64,000 nucleotides of DNA, from positions 40,610,001 through 40,674,000 of the forward strand of contig OZ024756.1 in the NCBI GenBank assembly GCA_964016885.1, in the 5' to 3' direction. Source of the DNA: Eledone cirrhosa (taxonomy: Eukaryota). Made by a program: the position numbers and the translations under genes. Shown here one piece after another: positions 26,493 to 37,561 of the stretch; position 1 is the first letter of the stretch, and each line of letters opens with the position of its first letter. The notes beneath the pieces were generated by a model that was given only the letters and a program-made list of their open reading frames with translations, made no database searches and was not told where the DNA came from.

Positions 26493-27894
26493 TACAGTAT
26501 ATACATTATATTACATATTTATATATTGTACTAGAAGTTTAGTAAAAATATTCAAGTGTATGAACACTCAGTCCATAGGACGAGTTAAGTATGATTAGTT
26601 ACAGTGGTAACAAATTATATATATGTATATATATATATATATATGTGTGTGTGTATATATGTATATATATAAGTAGTAACACAACATAGTTCACCATACC
26701 GATGGTGAACTAACTTGTGTTATTACTTATACCAAACTCGGCCCATGGACTGGATGCTTTACAACTACGGATATTACCTTCCAGTGTTCTACCTCTCTGT
26801 CTATCTATATTATTTTCCTTATATCACACACACCGACACCCACTGTAGACTGTGGACACATAAGATATGAAATAGGGTGACAGACAAGTTAACACAGACG
26901 GTTGTTGTTGGGGTGCCACTGGTGCAGCCAGTCGTTGGAGTGTCACTCTAGATGTGCCACCTGTGCAACCAGTCGTTGGGGTACCACTCTAGTTGTGCCA
27001 TGAATATACATCCCACTAGTCTAAAGTCCCACAACGTACATTAAGAAACATTGCTTTAAGTAAAAAGTTTCGAACAATCAGAAACTAATTTTTTACGGTC
27101 AAAGACAGAACCATTTTCGTAACTAATTCAGGAAAATTAGTCCCCCTACATTTTGTAGTAATTCCTATTAGTCAAAATTGATTTATATGGAAAGAAAAAT
27201 AAATAGCAGCCTATCAGCTATATTGTAGATTTGTATTACATCTGGTGGGAATCGCGTCACCCCTTCTCATTTCATCTTACTTTTGACCCACTATTCCTCT
27301 TCTCCACGACACAATGGCCCACTGTGTCCTCGAGGACACATTCACCCAACGTATCTCCCCTATGACACAATGACCTACTGTGCCTCTAATCTGTGACACA
27401 GTGGCCATTTTGTTTTATTGAGTTTGAAACCCAAAGTGCTAGTGAATTATAATTGTCATAGCAACGGAAGGGAGGTAATTAATGCTCCTAACCATCGAAT
27501 TATCCCCCCTTGCAACTTTTGTTTTTGTTTTTGTCTTATTTCTTTATATTTTTATTTAATGAGTACCTCGTCGCCATATTTGTTGTTGCATTAATCCTGA
27601 GATACAGGTATAGCTTGTTCATCTTACTTCCGATTCACTTTGGTTCGTTCGACCCGCCTAGTTCCTGTCATTCAGTGTGTCTGTCTGCCTGCTTCTTCCT
27701 GTTTTCTCTCCCTCTGCTTGTCATACATACACACACAGAGATATATACAACGATATATACACACATAGACGTATACACACACACACAAATATATATACAC
27801 ACCCATATATATATATATACACACACACACACATATATTTACAGATATATATACACATATCGACATATACACACATCTATCTATCTCTATATAT

Positions 27895-27951
<57 letters not shown>

Positions 27952-28190
27952 TATATATATATATATACACAGATCTATACACACGTATATCACGTACACA
28001 CACACATTCACACGTACACAGGTAAATACACACACTAACTCATTTGAGGAACTACTTGTCAAGTGAAGGAACGTCACGTGAACAGGAGCGAATTTCTTTT
28101 AACCTTCATTGAGAGAGAAAAGAACACTCTGGCCTCATCGACATATCACAGGGTTGTTGTCAAGTTGAAGAGAAAGAAGAAGAAAAAAGC

Positions 28191-30035
28191 ATGGCTACCT
28201 ATCCATCATCATCGTCACCAGCACCAGAGGCAACAACAACAACAACAACAACAGCAGCAACAGCATCAGCAGCATCAGATGCCAACCTGACACAGAAAAC
28301 TAGTGCCGTTTGCCTGGCGGACGAGGAGGACGCAGTTTCGGAGCGACGTCTCGACTTTTTACTGTTGTCGCAGCAGAGTGTCATTGCAGCATGCCAGCCA
28401 CAACATCACAACCGTATATTGACTGTAAACTACGACAGATCGCAGTCATCGACTGAACAGAAACAGAATCTTCCTTCTGTATCTTCTTCTACTACTACAG
28501 CAGCTAGACGTGAGTTGAACGTTCATTGTAATAGCCACAACAATATTAATAGTAGTAGCAGCAACAACAGTTGCACTAACAATAGTAATAATAATTATAA
28601 TATGAACAGTGCAAATAGTAATAATAGTAGTAGTAGTAGTAATAGTAATAATGTTGGTGGCAGTATTAATAATAATAATAGTAGTAGGGTAACTGTTTGT
28701 GTCGTTGATGAATGCAGTAATTCGAGAGACGGTATTGAGGATTCTTGCCCAATTTCACCCGTTTTGTCATCGGTTGAGGTTGTTGACGAGAGAATAACAA
28801 CAACAACAACACCATTAGCAGCAGTTGTTGCAGCAGCTCCATCATCATCGTCATCATTATCGACATCATCATCATCAACATCGACAACAGTGGTAGCAGC
28901 ATACGAAGATAACCCAATAATGACAAGCACAGCTACTACTACTACTACCACCAGCAATACTACAATAGCGACATGTACAAGTCCATCTAGGCGAATTAGC
29001 CCTGTTCCGTCGCTCGATCTACGAAACCAGCAGCACGAAGATACGGTTTCGAATCGTCCTCAGAGCGACATGGGTACCACACCTACCACAACTCCGACGG
29101 CGGCGATAATGAGGACGCCCCCGTCGCCTCGCTCGACAGTGATTCTGCCTCTACCCCGGGTAACTGTTACTTCACCCTCGGATCTCTGCCCGCCTAACCC
29201 TACCTCGACCGTGCAGATAGAGTCGCCCAGTCCGCAGACACCGCCCTCGCCTCCGCTACCGCCATCTCATCCCAGGTCTGTGGTCATCGTTCCGTTCCCT
29301 ACCACTCTTACGACGGCTACTCAGCTCAGTCTGAACACGATGGAACCTCCACCAATGCCTGTGGATACTTCAACATTGCCACCGCCGCCTCCTTACGAAG
29401 GATTCATTAAAGACGACGACGGCAACGACGATGGAATCCACCGCACACCCGATGGCTACGGGCTGGCTCATCTGGATAATTTACCATCCTACGCCGTAGC
29501 CACTGACCTGCCTACCTATGAAGAGGCCGAAATAGCCAAAGCTAATGAAATGCGTGAGAATCGAGACCGGACACACGGTACGAACGGCTCTCAACTGCCG
29601 TCCACGGGTCAACAACAGCAACAAGACCAACAACAGCAGCAACACATGAACTACCCTGAAGATGAAAGAGTTCCAAATTATGATCCATATCACTTGACCG
29701 GGGTATCACTTGGCACTGATTGGATCTTCCTCTGTACGTTTGCCATCTCATTTCTGTTTAACTGGCTCGGTTTCCTCATCTCTCTGTGTATTACCAACAC
29801 GGTAGCTGGCCGCTGTGGTGCTCTCTCCGGTCTCGGCTTGTCACTAGTCAAGTGGGTAGTCATAATGAAACACAACACGATGGCCCAGGGATTCATGCAA
29901 GGTGATTCCTGGGTCTGGTGGATCCTCATGGTCTGTGGTTTCCTCCTGTTCCTCAGAGGATGTATTCAATATGTTAACATGAAGTATGAGTGGAGAAGGA
30001 TCTTCGTCAGACTCCAACAAATGTATTTTTCTTGA
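28191..30035 (+). CDS. NDFIP1: NEDD4 family-interacting protein (NDFIP1/2-like), single-exon ORF of 614 aa
   Basis: Uninterrupted ORF with PY motifs PPPPY, LPSY and LPTYEEAE, followed by three hydrophobic segments GTDWIFLCTFAISFLFNWLGF...AGRCGALSGLGLSLVKW...WVWWILMVCGFLLFLRG typical of NDFIP/Bsd2. The true start codon and the NDFIP1 vs NDFIP2 assignment are uncertain (probably a co-orthologue). Confidence 0.9.
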   Translation: MATYPSSSSPAPEATTTTTTTAATASAASDANLTQKTSAVCLADEEDAVSERRLDFLLLSQQSVIAACQPQHHNRILTVNYDRSQSSTEQKQNLPSVSSSTTTAARRELNVHCNSHNNINSSSSNNSCTNNSNNNYNMNSANSNNSSSSSNSNNVGGSINNNNSSRVTVCVVDECSNSRDGIEDSCPISPVLSSVEVVDERITTTTTPLAAVVAAAPSSSSSLSTSSSSTSTTVVAAYEDNPIMTSTATTTTTTSNTTIATCTSPSRRISPVPSLDLRNQQHEDTVSNRPQSDMGTTPTTTPTAAIMRTPPSPRSTVILPLPRVTVTSPSDLCPPNPTSTVQIESPSPQTPPSPPLPPSHPRSVVIVPFPTTLTTATQLSLNTMEPPPMPVDTSTLPPPPPYEGFIKDDDGNDDGIHRTPDGYGLAHLDNLPSYAVATDLPTYEEAEIAKANEMRENRDRTHGTNGSQLPSTGQQQQQDQQQQQHMNYPEDERVPNYDPYHLTGVSLGTDWIFLCTFAISFLFNWLGFLISLCITNTVAGRCGALSGLGLSLVKWVVIMKHNTMAQGFMQGDSWVWWILMVCGFLLFLRGCIQYVNMKYEWRRIFVRLQQMYFS

Positions 30036-30063
30036 AATCCCTGCAAAAAAAAAACAATGAATA

Positions 30064-30098
<35 letters not shown>

Positions 30099-30149
30099 TA
30101 ATAACCAAAAAGGGAAAAAGAAAAAAAAAAAGGAAAAAATTATAATTAT

Positions 30150-30566
30150 ATGTGTGTGTATATAACATACGCACACATATATATACACGCACACATATAT
30201 ATATACACGCACACAAACACATTAATTACATAATTAAATAGCTCTGTACTATACATAGAGCACTCTTTCCTTTACCTTTTCTACGGAAATACTTAACACA
30301 CACACATATATATATGTGTATGTATATATATACATACATACATATACATACATACATATATACATACACACACACACACATATATGTGTATGTATATATA
30401 TACATACATATACATACATACATATATACATACGCACACACACACATATATATGTATGTGTATGTATATATACATACATACATACACACACACATATATG
30501 TGTGTATGTATATATATATATACATACATACATATATACATACACATACATATATATATGTATGTG

Positions 30567-30620
<54 letters not shown>

Positions 30621-30750
30621 CATACATATATATATACATAAATATACATACATACATATATATATACATAAACATACATACATATATATATATATACACA
30701 CATACATACACACACACACATTCATATATACAAGCAAACACACACGCACG
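30150..30750. repeat. Compound (TA)/(CA)/(TACA) microsatellite downstream of the NDFIP stop
   Basis: Directly visible; similar tracts at 16470-16620, 26100-26260, 27725-28020. Confidence 0.9.
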
Positions 30751-31054
30751 AACGTTCTTGGGGGACCTTCTTGCAAATTTGAACACAAAAACAATATTGA
30801 CTTTTTAATTAATTGACTAATTATCCAGCTGTGGGGTAATAATTGATTTTTTTTTCATTTATTGAACATTTTTTTAACAGTTTTTTTTCCTTTTTCTTTT
30901 TTTTCTCTTCTTTATATTTGTTGAAACAAACTGCACTTTACTTCCAACCTTTTTACAACTTTCAATTTGGACTGGCATTAACTATTATTATTAACCAATA
31001 CTATTAACTATTAACTATTATTATCGTATTGTTTTTATTATTGTTGTTGCTAAT

Positions 31055-32510
31055 AGGGCGACGATTTGGCAGTAATCGGTAGAGCGTCGGAATACATGCT
31101 TTGCAGCATAGAGTTGCGGCTATTTACGTTCAAATCCCGCCGAGGTTAGCTTTGCCTTTCATCCTTACGGGGGGGGTCGATAAAATAAAGTACCAGTAAT
31201 GCACTGGGGTCGATTTAATCGACTTTACCCCCTCCCCCTTTCAAATTGCTGGCCTTGTGCCTATATCAGAAACCGTTATTATTGTTAATAAACCCGCCGT
31301 CACGTACTGACGGTGTCAATAATAATATACAACCCTCCTATCTCCCCCCAACTCCGGGGGCGGGGGGGGGGGGGGATTTGAGGTCATTGTGCCCGCCTAT
31401 TGTTAGTAAACAATAATTGATATCGTTGGAGGGTCGGACAAAACGCTTTGCGGTATTCTGATTCTTTACGTTCTGGGTTCAAGTCCCACCTTCCACTGGG
31501 GCTAATTTTACTTTCCAACTATCTTTCCAAGGGTCGATAAAATAAAGTACCAGTAACGCACTGGAGTCGATTTTATAGACTTTACCCCCCCCCCCCCCCC
31601 CAAAAAAAAAATCGTTGGCTTTGTGCCTAAATCAGAAACCATTATTATTATTCCCCTACATGTCGGCCCTTGTGGCTAATAAATGAAATCATTATTATCA
31701 ATGATAATAATATGAGTCAGTCACGTACTGCTGTTGATAGACTCAACTGTTTTAAATCTCTGTTATCCCCGGGCAAAATTTCCGGCCCCTGTGTCGCCGT
31801 CAGACAGAATGTAATGCCCCAGGGGTAATTTACTTACGACCTTCTTCAGTGTTTAATTCCAGCCGAGGTGAACTCGGCCATTTACACTCTGAGTTCAAAT
31901 TCCGCCAAGGTCAGCTCTGCCTTTCATCCTTTCGCTGTCGATAAAATAAATTACCAGTAAAGTACTCGGGTTCATATAAACGACTTCCCCCTCCCCCAAA
32001 GAAACCCCGTCATATACTGGGCTCGACTAACCTTCCCCTTCTTTCCTCCAAAACTGTGCCTGTGTAAAAAAATTATTATTATTTACGTGGATTGGCAGAA
32101 ATCGGTAGAGCTTCGGACTACATGCTTTGCGGAATATAGTTACGGCCCTTTATGTTCTGAGTTCAAATCCCGCCGAGGTTAACTTTGCCTTTCATCCTTT
32201 TGAGGTCGATAAAATAAAGTACCAGTGATGCACTGGGGTCGATTTAATCGACTTTCCTTTCCCCCCAAAATTGTTGGCCTTGTGCCTAAATCAGAAACCA
32301 TTATTATAGTACTGGCAGAGTCGGTAGAGCGTCCGACAAAATACTTTGTTGTAGTTCTTTACGTTCTGAGTTCAAACTTTGCCTTTCATGTTTCGTGGGT
32401 CGATTAAATAAAGTACCAGTTATGTTCTGAAGTCGATATGTTCGACTTACCCCGCCCACTCCCCAAAATTGCTGACCTTGTGCCTAAATGTTAGAAAGAA
32501 TTGTTATTAA
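31055..32510 (+). mobile_element. Cluster of about five to six same-orientation SINE family A copies downstream of NDFIP
   Basis: Repeated GTTCAAAT / GCCTTTCATCCTT / GTCGATAAAATAAAGTACCAG blocks at ~31055, 31420, 31880, 32085 and 32310. Confidence 0.85.
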
Positions 32511-32817
32511 TGATTGAATTAAATGTCAGTATTTGACCCCGTCATTCTACCCCTGGCCTCATAAAAGAAGTAAACAACACACTACTAGCAATAATTTCAA
32601 TTGAATGTAACCCTCCCTGCTTTCCATCACCCAACATTTCAGCATAGTCCAATTTGGATGTACTAATAAAGTGGAAGTAAAATTTTCAGACAGAAAATCA
32701 AAAACCCGGAACGTAACTATAAACGATGGAACGAAATTAGTTTCTGTATATCTGCTGCTACTAGTGGAAAATTGTACTTAAAATGGAAAAACAGATACTG
32801 ATAAATGTATTGAAATA

Positions 32818-32858
<41 letters not shown>

Positions 32859-33169
32859 AATTATAATAAATATTCAAACCTTACATTTGTACAATATTTT
32901 GGATTAATTTATCCAATGGATTACACCTTGGATGAATCGGTTTGCTCTGCATGTGGATTCTAGAAACACATTGAACTTTAAATCTTAACCTATCTTTGAT
33001 CTCTCAACTTATTACTCTTGTTTATATTGATTGTCATCAAAACAGTGCCATCCCTTCATTGAACATTGCACTTTTCAGATCTGCTTTTGTTTTGTAGACA
33101 CATTCAGATGTGACACTGTCTGTCTCTTGACAATACTGGCTGGGGTGTATCTTCATACATTCTACCATG

Positions 33170-33770
33170 TCTGGTCAGTCCACCAGCTGACTAACAAATC
33201 AAGCCACATTCACTGCAAATATACTGTGTGTGTATGTGGCGGTAGAACCATGTCACAAATGGCTCCATTTCTCTCTGGTTCGTGTGATTTCAGATGGTTG
33301 ACAAATCCAGCTCTTGATGGAAGAAATCGGCCACATCCTTTGCAGCTCAATTCCTGCTGGATTTTTGCAGGCACTGCACTTGGGTCCCACTTATGGAGTG
33401 AATGCTTCAAAACAACTTGATGATCATTTTCCATGATGTATGGCCTTCAACAAATGTCTCAGTTCTCCATATCAATCTTCAGATCTTTTATGATATCCTT
33501 AAACTGCTTCTTTGTTTTTTTTTCCTCTGGTCAGCTCCCCATAAAATAACTGTTTAGTCAGCCTTCCATCTTCAACCACATCTGGTCCATAATAATCTAC
33601 CTCTCAATACTGGTGTTACCCACTTTCTCAAGTACCGCAGCATCAGGTGTATAAGAGGACCACTTGATGTTAAGGATGCAATGTTGAAACTTTCCAGCTG
33701 TCTGTAAGAACATAGACCTCATACACAGAGAGCTGTGTTTCTTGTGACACCCCAATTTGACCAGACTTGG
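33170..33770 (-). mobile_element. Degenerate 3' fragment of an RTE-like LINE
   Basis: Minus-strand peptides CILNIKW...VLEK..TSIE, EDGRLTKQLFYGEL and a C-terminal C2H2-like CKGCGRFLPSRAGFVNHLKSH, broken by frameshifts. Confidence 0.7.
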
Positions 33771-35997
33771 AAAATCTTTTCTTTTTTTCAGCAAACATCA
33801 GCCACTCTTGTATCATTATCATTACATCCATTTTTCCTTGCTAATATGGTTTGGGACAGGATGTTTTGAGAAAATATTTTACAGCCAGATGCCAACCCTT
33901 TCAATTGCTTCTTACATGACAAGGATATGGTGTGTCTATTTTAAAAACTGAAATACATATAGTTGTGTATATACACAGAAAATGACTCCATTCCACTGGC
34001 AGCATATAAACAAAATATACAATATCAGTTGTCCTGTCAAAGGTAGGTAGGTAAGCAGGTAGATAGATAAATAAATTTACAATGTGAAGAGTGACCTTAA
34101 AAAACAGCTGCTTTTAGATAAATATTTGAATTTAATTTAATTTTTGTTGTAAATAATTTTGTTAACCTTGATCTAGGTTAGAATTATTAACCCAAAATAA
34201 TGGTTTTGGGGAACTGAAGTCATCTATGTAGTATTTTTTATAGATTTTTGTATGGTTTCTATAGCTGGATGGCCTGCCTATCACCAACCACTTTACAGTG
34301 TACTGAGAGGGTGGTTTCTATAGCTGGATGGCCTGCCTATCACCAACCACTTTATAGAGAGTGTACTAGAAACATGGTTCCTACAGCTGGATGCCTTTCT
34401 CATTGCCAACCACTTCAGAGTGTACTGGGAACATGGTTGGATGGCCTGCCTATCACCAACCACTTTACAGCACGAGGACATTAGGTGTGCCACCAACACC
34501 AGAAGTATTGCCCGTCCGAATGAAATGTCCTCACTACACATAACTTTCATTCAGGATTACTGTATTCACTCCATTCTGTGGAAGCAAAAGAAAAAGGTGG
34601 GAGGCTTGGACTTCAGGGTAAAAATAGGTCTGCTGCTGTTTAATTGGTGTATATATATATATATACACATCTATATGAGTAGTGGGCTGTAAGATTATTT
34701 CTTACTAATCACTCACCTTTTTATCTTAATCTCTTATTGTTGTCTAGTATTGATTAACTTCTGACATCATAAACTAATTATAGTCTTATCAGTTAATAAA
34801 CTCAGCTTCTGTGGTCAGTCAACCTGCTAGAAATAGCAGCGACATCTTGCCCCAGATTGCACAGGCACTGTCATATATATATATAAATTCCTGGAATTCT
34901 GTGATACAAATGAATTAACTATTTGCAACAGAAACTTCAGGAAACTGATCACAGTCAGGTGAACACACAAGGCAGATTTATTTCTTACTTGTAAGATGAG
35001 ATAAATGGACTGTAATAAATGCTAAGGCCTTCCCTGGGGAAGAATGTGCTGTCCAACACAAGACAACAAAATAACAGAAAAATATTGCGACAGAAACCTG
35101 GTTTTGATACATACGGTGGGACGAGACCTACAGACAGACAAAACAACAAATATAAAGGATATGAGAGTCTTTCAACACTAGTATAGAACACAAAGTGTTT
35201 ATAGTAAAATGTATTTCTTCATTACAACATTCTATGTAAACATACCCAGCACTATTTTCAACACAAGATCAAAGAAATATATCGAAATCACAGGTTAAAA
35301 TATATAACAAAATGCTTTTATTTATAAAATTCAGTCGTTCAATGCCAAACAAACAGTGTGTAATATAAAATTTTATTTACACATGCTGGAGAGAGGAAAT
35401 AAATTTATTGAAGAGACATATAGTCTCTGAAATGATTTGTAAGAGTAAAAATAATTTTGTCATCCAATCCAAGAAGCGTTAGAATAAAATAAAAGTGTGG
35501 ATTGATTTGTGTGTGTGAGAGGAGGGTGGAGTTTTTTTTCAAGGTGTACCACATGTATTCATAACCTAAGGTGTGTGGAAAGAAAAAAAAAACAAACAAA
35601 AAAAAACAAGATTAATGAAAAGGTGGAATAACACAAAAATTGTAAAAAAAATATTAGCAATGAAAGAAACAATTGTCAACGAAAGCAAATGTGTAATAAA
35701 GTGTTTGTTATAGAATTGTCATCTAGTGAATGAGATGAACTTGAGAAGCGTTACCCTGCTTTTATTCAAATATATGATCCCTCTCTCTATATTATCACAT
35801 TAGAAATCCCGTCCTCCGTTACCCTGCTTTTATTTATAAATGATCCTTAAGTACAACCCCCAATTCTCTATAATCCCATCCCTTGTTCCAAATGAAAAAA
35901 TCCTTTCATTGCCAGCATCTTTCACTTCACTGGTTTTGGCCTGAATACTTGACATAGAAAGATAAGATGGCTGTCAGAATGTTTATATATACACACA

Positions 35998-36153
35998 CAA
36001 GTAAAACTCCATTATAACGAATTCTTCAGTATAACGCAATTTTTTTCAAATTCCGGCCACACGCTCTCTGTGTTAGGTCGATCTCGTTATAAAGAATTTT
36101 TCATTACAAATTCTTTTATATCCTGTGAATTTCGTTATAACGAAATTTCACTG
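35998..36153. mobile_element. pogo/Tigger-like MITE
   Basis: Imperfect TIRs CAAGTAAAACTCCATTATAACGAA ... TTCGTTATAACGAAATTTCACTG-TA, with internal repeats of the (G)TTATAACG motif. Confidence 0.55.
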
Positions 36154-36887
36154 TATATATATATATGTGTATGTGTGCATACATATATAGTTTATTAGGG
36201 TGTAACATTTAGTTCCTATTGGTTCACCAGTTTGAGCACCCAATACCGATGTGGTATTCTATGTTTGATATCACACCAGAGTCGGTATCCTTAAGAAGCA
36301 GAGTGTTAAATAATAATGAGCAGGAACGAAGCGAGTTTCGCAATTGATTATCTCAAGGTATGATTGGTAATTGATCACACCTGGCTTTGGAACCAATACC
36401 TCATCAGATTTGTGAATTCCTTAGTCTGATGAGGTATTGATTCCAGAGTGGAGCCCCATCAATACCAATTGTACCTTGAGGTGATCGATCATGAGATGCT
36501 TGTCACACATGAATAAACAATGATGTTATATTGATACTTTCTTCCTACTCTTTATTATATATATATATACACACACATATATATATATAAATCATTTAAC
36601 ATGCACTTTACTTCTTAGCAATGTCTGGATGGATTCTCAACTATCATATTATGTATGTGTGAGCATGTAACAAATATTGGATTGTTATTGAAAACAAAAA
36701 AAGAAAAAGAAAAGGTTGGAGAGAGAATATAGGAGGAAGAACTTTCAGAAACACAAGTACGCACAGATATATGACAAACAGACTGAGCCAGATAGAAAAT
36801 ATAGGGGGAATAGAAGGACATGTAGGTTGGGTGGAAGATGGACAATTCCATGGAGCAATTCTGGAGAAACTTGACATCCATAAATCA

Positions 36888-37520
36888 GACATAATCCATG
36901 TTCAGTCTCACCCATACATAATCCAGGATCAATCTCAGTCACTCACAAGCCAGCAGGTTCAATCTCAGTCACACATAATCCAGGTTCAATCTCAGTCACA
37001 CATAATCCAGGATCAATCTCAGTCACTCACAAGCCAGCAGGTTCAATCTCAGTCACACATAATCCAGGTTCAATCTCAGTCACACATAATCCAAGTTCAA
37101 TCTCAGTCACACATAATCCAGGTTCAATCCCAGTCACACATAATCCAGGTTCAATCTCAGTCACACATAATCCAGGTTCAGTCGCAGTCACACATAATCC
37201 AGGTTCAGTCTCAGTCACACATAATCCAGGTTCAATCTCAGTCACACATAATCCAGGTTCAATCTCAGTTACACATAATCCAGGTTCAATCTCAGTCATA
37301 CATAATCCAGGATCAATCTCAGTCACTCACAAGCCAGCAGGTTCAATCTCAGTCACACATAATCCAGGTTCAATCTCAGTCACACATAATCCAGGTTCAA
37401 TCTCAGTCACACATAATCCAGGTTCAATCTCAGTCACACATAATCCAGGTTCAGTCTCAGTCACACATAATCCAGGTTCAATCTCAGTCACACATAATCC
37501 AGGTTCAGTCTCACCCATAC
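36888..37520. repeat. 27-bp minisatellite just downstream of the UBE2C stop
   Basis: Unit CACATAATCCAGGTTCAATCTCAGTCA with an occasional 30-bp variant CTCACAAGCCAGCAGG... Confidence 0.95.
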
Positions 37521-37561
37521 ACATCTGGAAATATTTTTTTAAATATATATATTTTTGTTTA

